Assembly (NCBI RefSeq): GCF_021028975.2
Contig: NC_059440.1
Location: forward strand, 17,546,001 to 17,610,000
Direction of reading: 5' to 3'
DNA: 64,000 bases
Source: Sphaerodactylus townsendi
Lineage: Eukaryota
Shown: positions 1 through 19,800 of the stretch, piece after piece
Layout of the letters: each line of letters opens with the position of its first letter
How positions within the stretch are numbered: the first letter of the stretch is position 1
Notes under the pieces: generated by a model
Seen by the model: only the letters and a program-made list of their open reading frames with translations
Database searches by the model: none
What the model was told of the DNA's origin: nothing
Program-made: the position numbers and the translations under genes

Positions 1-73
1 ATGTCTGATTCCTACCACCAAATAACGTGGTTATTATCTGCACCTTTGGCATTCTCTTTTTGTTCCATTGCAG

Positions 74-8297
<8,224 letters not shown>

Positions 8298-8302
<5 letters not shown>

Positions 8303-8377
8303 AGTTTGGCGTGTGGGGAAGCTATCCCAGTGCTGCGGGTTTCTGCTTATCGCGTTTAATCCCGAGTTAATAATAAA
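8298..8377 (+). terminator. Candidate ASL polyadenylation signals
   Basis: AATAAA at 8298-8303 (overlaps the stop codon) and at 8372-8377, each followed by GT-rich sequence. Confidence 0.6.
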
Positions 8378-8850
8378 TAACAGTGGTGTATTGGATTTCA
8401 CTGAGGAAAAGAAAAGAAAAGCTTGTTGCGTGGTTTCTTCCGGATACGCTCGTCCCCCAAGGAGGAGAGGGGTGAGAAGGCATTTCAGCAGCTTGCCTGG
8501 GGTTCAGTCTTGTGCGTTTTGTTCCTGCTCTTGGTTTTCTAAACCATTCTTAGGGCTTAACTCCTGGACACAGAGTCACTGCGGGGGTGGAAAGCACCAT
8601 CAAGTTGCATCAGGTTTTTCTAGGCAAGATTCAGAGGTGGTTTGCCATTGCCTAGCTCTGTATAGCACCCTTGGGCTTCCTTAGTAGTCTCCCATTCAAG
8701 TACATCAGCAGTGGTGTAGTGGTTAAAAGCAGGTGCACTCTAACCTGGAAAACTAGGTTTGATTCCCTGCTCTGCCACTTGAGCTTATCTGGGGAACTAG
8801 ATTAGCCTTTGCACTCCAGCACACACCAGCTGGGTGACCTTGGGCTAGTC

Positions 8851-9286
8851 CAGGGGTAGGGAACCTGCGGCTCGAGAGCCGCATGCGGCTCTTCTGCCCT
8901 TGCACTGCGGCTCCACGAGCCGAGCCGCCGGCCGCATCCTTGCCCGCCCTGCAGGCAGCAGGACGGGCACACCAATTGCCTGCGGCCAGCTGGGCCATGC
9001 TGCTGGGCGTGAAGCTTCCCTCTCTCGCCCGGCTTGGTTTTGGAGCAGGGTGGGTGCTTTCCAGCTGCCGGGCGAGGCCGTGAGAAACTAGCTGGCCCCA
9101 TCCTTGCCCGCCCTGCAGGCAGCAGGGTGAACGCTTCCATGCGCTTCTCAGAATGAGCGGAGTAAAAGGTAAAAAACCCCAATATATACAGTATTATCTT
9201 TATTTTAAATGTCAAAAATTATTTGCGGCTCCAAGTGTTTCTTTTCCTGTGGAAAACGGGTCCAAATGGCTCTTTCCCTACCCCTG
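8851..9286. mobile_element. Non-autonomous hAT transposon nested in a SINE
   Basis: TIR CAGGGGTAGGGAA/TTCCCTACCCCTG; TSD GGCTAGTC (8843-8850, 9287-9294). Confidence 0.9.
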
Positions 9287-10607
9287 GGCTAGTCACAGCT
9301 CTTCGGAGCTCTCTCAGCCACACCAACATCACAGCCACATCTCAGCCACACCCACATCACAGATGTTTGTTGTTGAGGGGGTGGGGGAGGAAAGGAGATT
9401 GTAAGCCCCTTTGATTCTCCTTACAGGAGAGAAAGGGGGTTATAAATCCAAACTCCTCTTCCTTTTCTAATCTGGGTTGACCCTCCTTGCTTCCCAAGAT
9501 AGAGTGCGATTGGGTTAGCTTGGGCCATCCAAGCCAGAGCAATAGTTTTAGCCAGCAGTAATTCACCAAATGGTTACATGGACAGCGTGGTAGGTTTGCA
9601 TGTTGGAGGTGTGGCTCAAAGGCAGAGCATCTGCTCTACATGCAGGTGACCCTTACAGGAGCCTCCCTCAAATCCTGGGGAAAGGGAGCCTAGTCCAGGT
9701 ATACGTAAGCACAATCCTCAAACAATATATCCCGTAGAACTATGAAATGGGATAGAAGAACAACAACAGCAACGTGAGTTGAACCAGACTAAATTTTACT
9801 GACATATGAAACACAGCAAGGAAACATTCCAAAGGCAGTGTAAACTGAACAACAAGCTAAATGCAGAATCACACCCAAAAAAAGTTTTGGAAAGTAAATT
9901 CTAAAGAATGCAGGATCACAAAGGGGGAAATAAGCAAAACTTGATGGAAGACATCGTCAGGATGCTAGAAGCGCTGTTTCACAGATTACACTTGGAACTG
10001 AACATTCTCCTGGCTTTGATACACAGGTATGGTAGTCCCAGAAGGAAAGGTGAGGAGTGTTTCAAGCAAGAAGCGGGATCACAGTCTTCTCTGGACAGAA
10101 TTTGGGGAGGGGAACTGGACTGGAGAACAGGGAGGCTGTGCTTACGTTGCAAGTTGAAGAGTAGAAGAGGCAGGTTATTCTGAACTCCATTGATGGAGGA
10201 AGAAGAGTTGGCTTATATACCTCACCTTTCTCTATCTTAAAGGAGTCTCAAAACAGCTTACAATCACCCTCCTTTCCCCTCCCCATAGCAAACACCTTGT
10301 ATGGTAGGTGGGGCTGAGAGGGTCTGGAAAGAACTATGACTTACCAAGGCCACTCAGCAGGCTTCACGTGGAGGAGCAGGGAAAACTAATCTTGTATCAC
10401 CAGATTAGTCTTCGCCACTCATGTGGAGAAGTGGGGAATCAAACCTGGTTCTCTGGATTAGAGTTTGCCACTCTTAACCACTATGGCATGCCGGCTCTCC
10501 TGGAGTGGAACTGAACTAAATTTGCTAGCATCATGTTAACCTGCCTTCTTAGGTTATTGGTCATGAACAGGTATGCCTCACAAACGACAACTATTGTTTA
10601 TTTGGGT

Positions 10608-10825
10608 TGTGCCCCTCCCCCTCCCGCCAGATGCCGGGCCCCCTTGCATGCCACCCCTCCCTCCCTCCCCTCCCTCCCCTTCCCTTGCATGCCACCCCCA
10701 TCCCTCCCTTCGCTAGGGTGCGAGGGCCTCCAAATGCCAGCCCCCTCCCCCTCCCTTATATGCCACCGCTTAGTCCCTCCCCTCCCTTCCCTTCCCTTCC
10801 CTTGCATGCCACCCCTCCCTCACTT
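10608..10825. repeat. C-rich degenerate tandem repeat
   Basis: Repeated CCCTTGCATGCCACCCCTCCCTCCC units. Confidence 0.7.
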
Positions 10826-11408
10826 CTTGCAGCAGTGATCATATACCATACTAAAGTAAAGAACAGTGCAGGAATTTAAGCAAAAGAAGGGTTTGCTTGC
10901 TCTTGTGAATGTGGTCCTTAAAATCAGGATGTGCGAGAGAATTTACGGTCAAGTGGGAAAGGGACCGATCATAGGCTGGACATACGTATAAAATGATAAC
11001 TTAGCCTAGACTGATACGTACAAAAACATACACTAAATATTATCAAGTGACAATTATCAAGTGACAAAACATAGCAATAGTTGCGTTTTTTTTTAAAAAT
11101 GGCAAGAATGGTGTAAAAACCCTTTCCCCAGATTAACTGCAACACAGATCCTGTACAAATTAAATGACATCTTAAACTCATTCGAAAAAATAACAAATCC
11201 AAAATCATATCGTTCATAATGCGGGGAAGAATATTAACATCAGGTTCAGTAATGCTTGAAGTGGCCACACAATTGACCCTGCTGTTGTGGTTCTGGCCTC
11301 TGTACATGACGATGGCAGTACGGGATGTAGCCTGAAAATAGTGACTGAACTCCAATGACAGAGATCAATTTCCTTGGAGAAAAGGGATCTGCATAGCCTG
11401 GATTCTAT

Positions 11409-11708
11409 GAAGAAGAAGAGTTTGGATTTATATCCCCCCTTTCTCTCCTGCAAGGAGACTCAAAGGGGTTTACAATCTCCTTCCCCCCCCCCTCCCCACA
11501 ACAAACACCCTGTGAGGTGGGTGGGGCTGAGAGAGCTCCGAAGAACTCTGACTAGCCACAGGTCACCCAGCGAGCATGTGTTGGAATGCACGAGCTAATC
11601 TGGTTCACCAGATAAGCATCCACAGCTCAAGTGGCAGAGCGGAGAATCAAACCCAGTTCTCCAGATTAGAGCGCACCTGCTCTTAACCACAACACCATGC
11701 TGGCTTTC
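11409..11708 (-). mobile_element. tRNA-headed MIR/Ther1-related SINE (Squam3-like), representative full copy of the dominant family
   Basis: Head TGGTGTAGTGGTTAAGAG, core CTCAGCCCCACCYACCTCACAGGGTG, tail ATCCAAACTCTTCTTCT. Other approximate copies: 1108-1300(+), 5700-6128(+), 6920-7080(+), 8705-9468(+), 10198-10497(-), 17961-18229(-), 20661-20745(-), 25365-25668(+), 28219-28505(+), 39020-39170(+), 45221-45484(-), 48341-48624(-), 54505-54615(+), 60830-60975(+). Family name is from memory. Confidence 0.85.
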
Positions 11709-13169
11709 TACGGTATTATATACTCCTTGATGTTGGTGCTGGATTTAGATGAAGAGAGGCCCTAGGCCAAGCTATTCCACTTGTGAGGGCCCTCCCAATC
11801 CTCTACCCTCATGACCAGAGGAAGATGGAAGAGTGTTTAAAACAAAATTGAGTAAAGCCAAGGGTGTTTGAAATCCCGCAATTCACCATTTCTCCTCTGA
11901 AGGACATAAGATGTTATTGTGAAATGCCATAGTGATTGGGAAACAATGCATGAATAAAATGCACACACCTATGACCGTGTCAAAAATATTATACACCTTG
12001 GCTGGAGTCCCCCTAGATTTTGAGGCTCTAGGCTTCAGCCTGACAAGCCGAAAGGTCAATCTGACACCGCTTGATGTCCCTCAGCCTCCCGAGCCCCCAC
12101 CCAATCTCCAGGAATTTCCCAACCCAGAATTGGCAACTTTTTTATTGAAGAGGTAACTGGATGCTGAGAATACCTCCACAACTGACTCAAAGTTCCCACA
12201 ATGGAGAAAGGGACTCCTGAAACCCAACTCCTGGGCTGATTTTGCTGGCTGCATGTAATTATTGCTAGACTGCTCTGTTTTATTTATTTGTTTTTATTTA
12301 TTTCTTTTCCTTGCAGAGCTTAGGCATCGTGCAATATACACAAAACACACACAAACATGTGTATATATAATATATATAAAAACATAAATTACTAACTGGT
12401 TGCGGTGGGTCTTCTGGGCTGTGTGGCCGAGGTCTGGTAGATCTTGTTCCTAATATGTCGCCTGCATCTGCGGCTGGCATCTTCAGAGTATCATAGAGAA
12501 AAGTCTGTTTCACACTGTGTCTAGTGAGAAGGGAAAGTTTAGTGGAGTATAGTGTCCATGTCCCAGGGTGGGGAACCAGTCAGTAAGTGTTTGAGTGGAA
12601 CTTCCTATGCAAAGGTGTGGTTGAGTGCACTCTATTGCGGGTGGGGTTATCAGTCCATTTTTTAAGTACTGGTAGTCAAGCTTTGCTAATTTTCAGAGTC
12701 CCTTCTTTCTTGTTGAAGTTGTCTTGGTGTTTATGAATTTCAACGGCCTGCCTGTGCAGTCTGACATAGTAACCTTCCGAATTGTCCAGAATTTCTGTGT
12801 TCTCAAATAAAATGTTATGTCCCGTTTTGTTTAACACATGTTCTGCAACTGCAGATTTTTCAGGATGGTTAAGCCGACAGTGTCTTTTGTGCGCCTTAAT
12901 GTGAGCCTGAATGTTTCACAGTGTGAAACAGACTTTTCTCTGTGATGCACCTCTGAAGATGCCAGCCACAGATGCAGGCGACACGTTAGGAACAAGATCT
13001 ACCAGACCACAGCCACATAGCCCAGAAAACCCACAACCGTGAAAGCCTTTGACAATACATAAAAAAACAAACTTTAAAAGCAGTGTATTGTCAAAGGCTT
13101 TCATGGCTGGATTCAACTGGTTCTGGTGGGTTTTCCGGGCTGTGTGGCCGTGGTCTGGTGGATTTTGTT

Positions 13170-13210
13170 CCTAACGTTTCGCCTGCATCTGTGGCTGGCA
13201 TCTTCAGAGG
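13170..13210 (-). ncRNA. Minimal hammerhead ribozyme motif, intact core
   Basis: Exact reverse complement of 13450-13490. Confidence 0.75.
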
Positions 13211-13449
13211 TGTATCACAGAGAAAAGTCTGTTTCTCACTGTGTCTAAGTGAGAAGGGAAAGTTTAGTGTGGTATATTGTCCGTGTCCCAGGGTGGGGAA
13301 CCAATCATTAAGTGTTTGGGTGGAACTTGCTATGCAAAGGTGTGGTTGAGTGCATTGTCTTGCGGGTGGGGTTATCAGTCCATTTAATGTGCGCCTTAAT
13401 GTGAGTCAGAATGTTTCACAGTGTGAAACAGACTTTTCTCTGTGATACA

Positions 13450-13490
13450 CCTCTGAAGATGCCAGCCACAGATGCAGGCGAAACGTTAGG
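13450..13490 (+). ncRNA. Minimal type I hammerhead ribozyme motif (PLE-associated), intact core
   Basis: CCT-CTGAAGA-T-GCCAGC-CACAGAT-GCAGGC-GAAA-CG-TT-AGG: CUGANGA and GAAA boxes, helix I CCU/AGG, helix II hairpin, palindromic ACGU in place of helix III, and GUU cleavage triplet. Confidence 0.75.
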
Positions 13491-13689
13491 AACAAAATCC
13501 TCCAGACCGTGGCCACACAGCCCAGAAAACGCTCCAGAACCAGTTTAAAGTCAGTGTTTAGAATGGTAGCAAGTAATTATTGTTAGACTATGTTTTATTT
13601 GTCTCACACTATCGGTCAGGCCGGTCCAAAGTCCAGCCTGTGCACAAATAAAATTGTTGGATCACAGAAACGCACCAAGGCAAAGCCCT

Positions 13690-13831
13690 GGCAAGCCCTC
13701 AAGCAAGATGGCCGCAGCGGGCACTTGTAACCAGGGGGAGGGAGAGGACAGTCATTGGCTCTTGACAGTCAGCTGAGCTGGAGATCAGCTGACCTCCTTC
13801 CAGGGTGCAGAGTCCTGGCTGCAAGCGAAGC
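13690..13831 (+). promoter_or_regulatory. GUSB proximal promoter / 5'UTR
   Basis: GC-rich stretch before the ATG. YY1-like CAAGATGGCCGC at 13704-13715, ATTGG at 13754-13758, and two TCAGCTGA E-boxes at 13769-13776 and 13785-13792. Confidence 0.5.
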
Positions 13832-16800
13832 ATGGTTTTGCTGGCGCTCGTGGTGTGCCTGGTGCTGGGATGGAGCCCGGCCCTGGCCCTGGAAGGAGGG
13901 ATGCTCTATCCTCGGGAATCGCCCTCCAGGGAGCTGAAGGACCTCAGCGGCCTCTGGAGCTTCCGAGCCGACCGGTCCGAGCGAAGGGATGCGGGCTTTG
14001 TGCAGCGGTGGTATGAGCAGCCGCTCCGGCAGGTGAGTAGGCAGTCCTGGCTTGCAGAGAGAGAGAGGGGTTCCAGCCCTGCAACCTTATGGGGAACTGT
14101 CCATGGTGATTTCCTTTCGAAGGAACTGCAATCTGTACATGCTTCAGAGCTTTCTCATCTTTCTGAGTGCCTGTGTGTTCTAGAGGCAAGCCCAGAGTTC
14201 AGATTCAGGGTGGAGGTAGCAGCGAGGTAGCCTGCCTCTGTCCATGGAGGTTCTATTTAGGTATCCTATCACCGCTAGACCATTGGCAGTTGCCACACCG
14301 AGCCTCATTGGTGACCATCCTCTGTTTCTCAGGACGGGCACTCTGTCCTTGATAATTTCTATTTATCTGTTACATTTTCTGCTTCCTTCAAGAGCTTACA
14401 GCAGCACATGTCTCCATTTTGTCCTGACAGCTTTGTGGGGTTCTAGCCCTGCTGCCTTGTGGGGTGAAAGGTGACTTCCTTTTAGAAAGAACACCACTTT
14501 GATTTTCGGGGTCTTTGGGGCAGTGCAGGTCTCCTGACCTACATCACAGCAGCCTGGCTGGCCCTGACCGGACCAAGAATATCCAGCCCAGCTCCCTGCT
14601 TCCCACAGGAGCCATCAGAATCTCCAAAATTGTCCACAAGCAAGGCAGGATTGCCACAGTTCCCGTTTGCTGTCTTTGGCAAATATCCCCACCCTTTGAA
14701 AGGGAACCTTGGGGTCTTGGCTGCTGCTAAATTCATTCCAATCAAGCCAGGAGCAGAAAAGGCCAATTGCTCTTTCCTTCAGCTGTTCTGGAAAGAGGAA
14801 GTGAAGCCCTTCAGCGGTTTCTGTGCAGCGGAAAAAGGCAAAACCACAAAGCTGGAGAAATGTTGCTTCTCAGTAAGAAACACCCTCATATGCCTGTGAG
14901 TCAGGACAGAAAAAAATTGGGGGGGGGGGGAGGGAATTGCAAGTCAGGACATTATTTCCAGCAAGGTTATTGTAATGCAAAGTTAAGAACATCAGAACTT
15001 GCCTGCTGGATCAGACCAGAGTCCATCTAGTCCAGCTCTCTGCTACTTGCAGTGGCCCACCAGGTGCCTTTGGGAGCTCACGTGCAGGAGGTGAAAGCAA
15101 TGGCCTTCTGCTGCTGCTGTTATAAGTTATAACACTTTTAAAAATGGTATAGTGTATTAGATTACTATCTACTTTATCACCCTTTACTATTTACATTTTA
15201 GGCTCTGGGTACACTCCAAAAAGTGTTAAGGAATGTCCTAGACTTCAAAATCAAACTTTCTTTTTGTAGCAGTGCAGCAAAGGCAGGTCTGCGCCATCAA
15301 ATGGCCACTTGACAGTGGGAAGCGCCTTTCCACGATCCTGTGTCGGCCTGGAGGTAAAGACAGGAGCACAGCTGGCAAGAAAAGTTGGCAGACCTACAGA
15401 GCGATGAAACTGATCTGGCGGGAGTCCCTTGCTTTGGAGATCGCTGCAAAGCTAGCCGGAGCAGAGGAGCCGTTCTGCCCTAACGTATGACTTTCTCTTT
15501 CAGTCTGGCCCGGTGATTGACATGCCGGTCCCTGCCAGCTTCAACGAGATCACTCAGGATCCCAATCTGCGAACGTATGTCGGCTGGGTTTGGTACGAGA
15601 AGGAGGTGATCCTGCCCGCCCGCTGGCTCCAGAAGGAGGCTCGGACACGTGTGGTGCTTCGGATCGGGAGCGCTCACTACTACTCGATCGTCGTGAGTCC
15701 AGGGGAAAACATTTTGACACACTGAAAATTGCGTACCTGTGCAAGGCCGGCTTTAGTGTTTGAAGGGAGGGGCTAAGGTGCCCTCCAGTGCCCATTCACT
15801 AAGCATGCAGCCCTCAGACACAGCAGAGCCTGACCTTTTCATGTTGACTGAAGCTCCAGTGATGCTGGAACAGCTCAGAGGAGCTCACTGTAGGTCTGTC
15901 TCCAGGCACAAAATGGCTGATGACCCCCAAAGCCTCCGTGACAATCCCCTATTCCTGGAGTACAAGGATGGGCCCAGAACTCTGGCTCTTCCCGGTGTAG
16001 GCTTGGCAGATTCCCCAACAAGGCGATCCTTGTCACCAGCTGGAGAAATGGGGGTCCTTGATTCTCCCCATAAAGCTTGGCTCCCCAGATTCCAGAACGG
16101 TCACATTTTTGCAGATAAAGATCCAATCACACGTCACATATCCTAGCTGATAGATCAATGAAGGTGACTTCAGGGCATATTCAGACATGCACAAATTGTA
16201 TGCATTTATTTTATCATTTGATTTACTAGGGCTCTGGGTGGTGTACAAAGGATAAAACAATTACAAAGTCACAACTAGCAATTAAAACAGAATAAATTTT
16301 AAATACAATAAACCAGCAAAAAGCAGAAAACCTAGCATTGCATGGCAACCCAGAAAAATCTCTAACCCCCTGGGAGGGGACCAGGCACAGCAAACGATGG
16401 CCAATTAGGATGGTATATATATAGGGGGGTGGCGTGGGAGGCAATCAGCAACACCCCCCCCCCCAAAGCCCAGGGAAACAATAGAACCAGGGGGCATACA
16501 TTGAAAATGCTGGGGGGAAGAATTAGGACTGGGGGGAAGAATTAGGATAAAAGGAAACACTTCTTCATGCAACGTGTGATTGGTGTTTGGAATATGCTGC
16601 CACAGGAGGTGGTGATGGCCACTAACCTGGATAGCTTTAAAAAGGGCTTGGACAGATTGATGGAGGAGAAGTCGATCTATTGCTACCAATCTTGATCCTC
16701 CTTGATCTGAGGTTGCAAATGCCTTAGCAGACCAGGTGCTTGGGAGCAGCAACAGCAGAAGGCCCTTGCTTTCACATCCTGCATGTGAGCTCCCAAAGGC

Positions 16801-19800
16801 ACCTGGTGGGTCACTGCGAGTAGCAGAGAGCTGGACTAGATGGACTCTGGTCTGATCCAGCGGGCTAGTTCTTATGTTCTTATGTTAACTCCATTTGACA
16901 GGCTCTGTGGAACTGTCCAAGGTCCCACAGGGCCCTGATAGCTGGAGGGAGAGTGTTCCATCACGCAGGGGACAGGGCTGTAAAGGCCCAGGCCCAGGTA
17001 GAGACCAGCTGCATCGTTGAGAGTCCGGGGACCACCAGCAAATTTGCCTCTGCAGATCGCAGAGGCCGAATAGGGACAAGGCCGAGAGACGGTCCCCAAG
17101 GGATGAGGGCCCCAGGCCGTGAAGGGCCTTGAAGGTCAACACCAACACCTTGAAGGCGATCCGGTATTCTGCTCGGAGCCAGTGCAGTTGGCACACAGCA
17201 GCACACGTGAACTGACACCTTTCAAAAGCATTGCATGATCTATTCACCACATTTGACACTGCTCTTCCCACAAGGGGATCGGGGCAGCTTGGAAGGTTCT
17301 TCCCCCCCGTTGCTCCAGTTTTGTCCTCACAGCAGCCCTGTGAGGTCAGTTAGGCGAAGAGAGAATGGCTGGCCCACAGTCAGTTAGAGGGTTTACTGTA
17401 TTTGAACCCAGGTCCTAGTCCAACAATCTTACCTTTACACCCCATCTGCATTTGAGTAAAACTGGAAGATCCCTTCTCTAGCAAATACAAGGGTGCAAAC
17501 TCTGAAGCATCCCAGCCTCGTTTCTGAAGCCTTCCGTTTGAGTCCGCGTCTTACATTGGGAGGAAGGTGGCTTGCATATGATTCTCTCGTATTCCTTTCC
17601 AGACCTCTGATTTATCCCCTTGCAGTGGGTCAACGGGGTACAGGTGACCGAACATGAGGGTGGCCACCTCCCCTTTGAAGTGGAGATCGGCAGCCTCCTC
17701 CAGCCCGCCCAGCTGTGCCGCATCACCGTCGCTGTCAACAATACCCTGACGCCTCACACGCTGCCTCCGGGGACTATTCAGTATTTCAAAGATGAGTCCA
17801 TGTGAGTTCACATCCCAGCAGGAGGGGTGTGTGCATAGGTGTACAGGCTGTTGGGTGGAAGAGAGAGGGAGATAGATATCACCCATTCGCTAGTCAAGAT
17901 TCCAGAATGTTCTCCCTAGATAAAATGAAGGAAGCTGTTCTGGTGTGTGTAAATGCCATCAAGAAGAAGAAGAAGAGTTTGGATTTATATCCCACCTTTC
18001 TCTCCTGTAAGGAGACTCGAGGTGGCTTACAAGCTCCTTTCCCTTCCTCTCCCCACAACAGACACCTGGTGAGGTAGGTGGGGCTGGGAGAGTTCCGAAG
18101 AACTGCGACCAGCCCAAGATCACCAAGCAGGAATGTTCCTAGATCAGCCTCTGCCACTCAGGTGGAGGAGTGGGGAATCAAACCTGGTTCTCCGGATAAG
18201 AATCCACCTGCTCTTAACCACTACACCACAGCCAACCTATGGTGACCCTGTAGAGGGTTTTCAAAGCAAGAGACTAACCGGTGGTTTGCCGTTGCTTGTT
18301 TCTGTATAGCGAACCTGGACCTTTGGTGGTCTCCCATCCATGCACTAACCTGGGCTGACCCTGCTTATCCTTTGAATGCTGAGCAGATCAGGCTAGCTTG
18401 GGCCATTCAGGTCAGGCCTTCCAAAGGTTACCTTGCATTTTTTTATTTCCAGGCTTTGGTTGTAGTCTCTTGGTATCTCAAAGAGTCTTGATCCTCTTTC
18501 ACATATGTTTGTTTTTAAGGGTTGAACCAGTTATTTGCAACTTTAAAAAAACCAGTTTCCCCATTCTTGGCTTTAAAATTTCACTTTCAAATGTCATGTT
18601 TTTGACTCAGAATGAGAACGTGTCATATTTGTGTTTCTGAATTGTTTGGTAGTAACCAAATATAACATCTTTTCAGCTGATGCCCAACCAGTGGTCACAC
18701 ACTGTTGCATGTAGGCTGCATATCATGCTGTCCATTTGCTACAGACCCATTCATGTCATCTTTCAAACTGTTGCTGAACTCCATTCTTGCTGGTGCATCT
18801 CTTCACCGACTACCAAGTGTGAAGATACCTGAGGAAACTACCTTTGTACGTAGAGAACAGGGTCTGCTGCTCTTCAGGCCTTCGGTTCAGATTCTAGCTT
18901 TGGATCTAGTCCATAAACTGACCAAGATGACCCTCCATTGGAAAATTCTCCTGGTCTGACTTTGGAATATGCCCCACAAAGGCAGGAGGACAGCTTTAGG
19001 CATTACTGTGGATCCAGTGTGGGGTAGTGGTTAACAGCAACATTCCTGCGAGGGTACGTGGCCGTGCGGCCACCATATAGGTACCACGTAGACAAGGAGC
19101 CACTTGGCAAAGGGAGCTCTCAGTTCCGCTCAGTATCTGTGATGTTTCGTGCAGAGGAGTAAAGAAAAAGAATACTTTGTACAACAATTGTAAGTGCATA
19201 TGGGAGGGTTCTTTGGGTTTTTGTTAATTATATGAAAATGAAAGGATTAGATAGACTTTTATATATTGACACCTGTATTGGTACATTTCAGATTGGCTTG
19301 GCAAAGGACTGCTGAAATAAAAACCTAATCTAGAGGTTTTATAGCCATACCTGACGGTGTACTTACCAGAAAAATTTTCTGTTTATTTGTGATAGAAAGA
19401 TAATGTTGAAATGATACTCACCTAGTGAGTTGGAGTACGCATGGGTGTAATATTTGTGACAGTACCTGTTGTACACCTGCCTTGATTATTATGGTGGATG
19501 CAAGCTTGTTAAGCAGTCTTAGGCCAGTCATATACCATCAATCTGACACTGCTTAACAGTGTTGTTGTGATGGATAAAATGGAGGACAGAAGAACAAGGT
19601 TTGGGGGAGAAAAGTGGCATACAAATGAAGTAAATGAGAAATAAATAAAATATTATCCATGCTTATTCGCAATTGGGGATTCTTCCCCCACCCCAGTCCT
19701 CTGACTTCCTTTGTCCCTTGCCTTGGTACAGGTATCCCAAAGGTTATTTTGTTCAAAAAACAAGCTTCGATTTCTTTAACTACGCTGGGATTCACCGCCC

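Larger units (their letters stand above)
12394..13545. mobile_element. Penelope-like element (PLE) cluster: two tandem units with inverted termini and a GIY-YIG endonuclease remnant
   Basis: Minus strand ~12890-12680 translates HKRHCRLNHPEKSAVAEHVLNKTGHNILFENTEILDNSEGYYVRLHRQAVEIHKHQDNFNKKE (PLE endonuclease C-terminus). Four terminal repeats in -,+,-,+ orientation. The junction GTGCGCCTTAATGTGAG recurs at ~12889 and ~13389. Confidence 0.85.

Noticed and set aside
12394-13545. CRISPR-like repeat array
   Set aside because: Eukaryotic context; the repeats are long, alternately inverted PLE termini without unique spacers.
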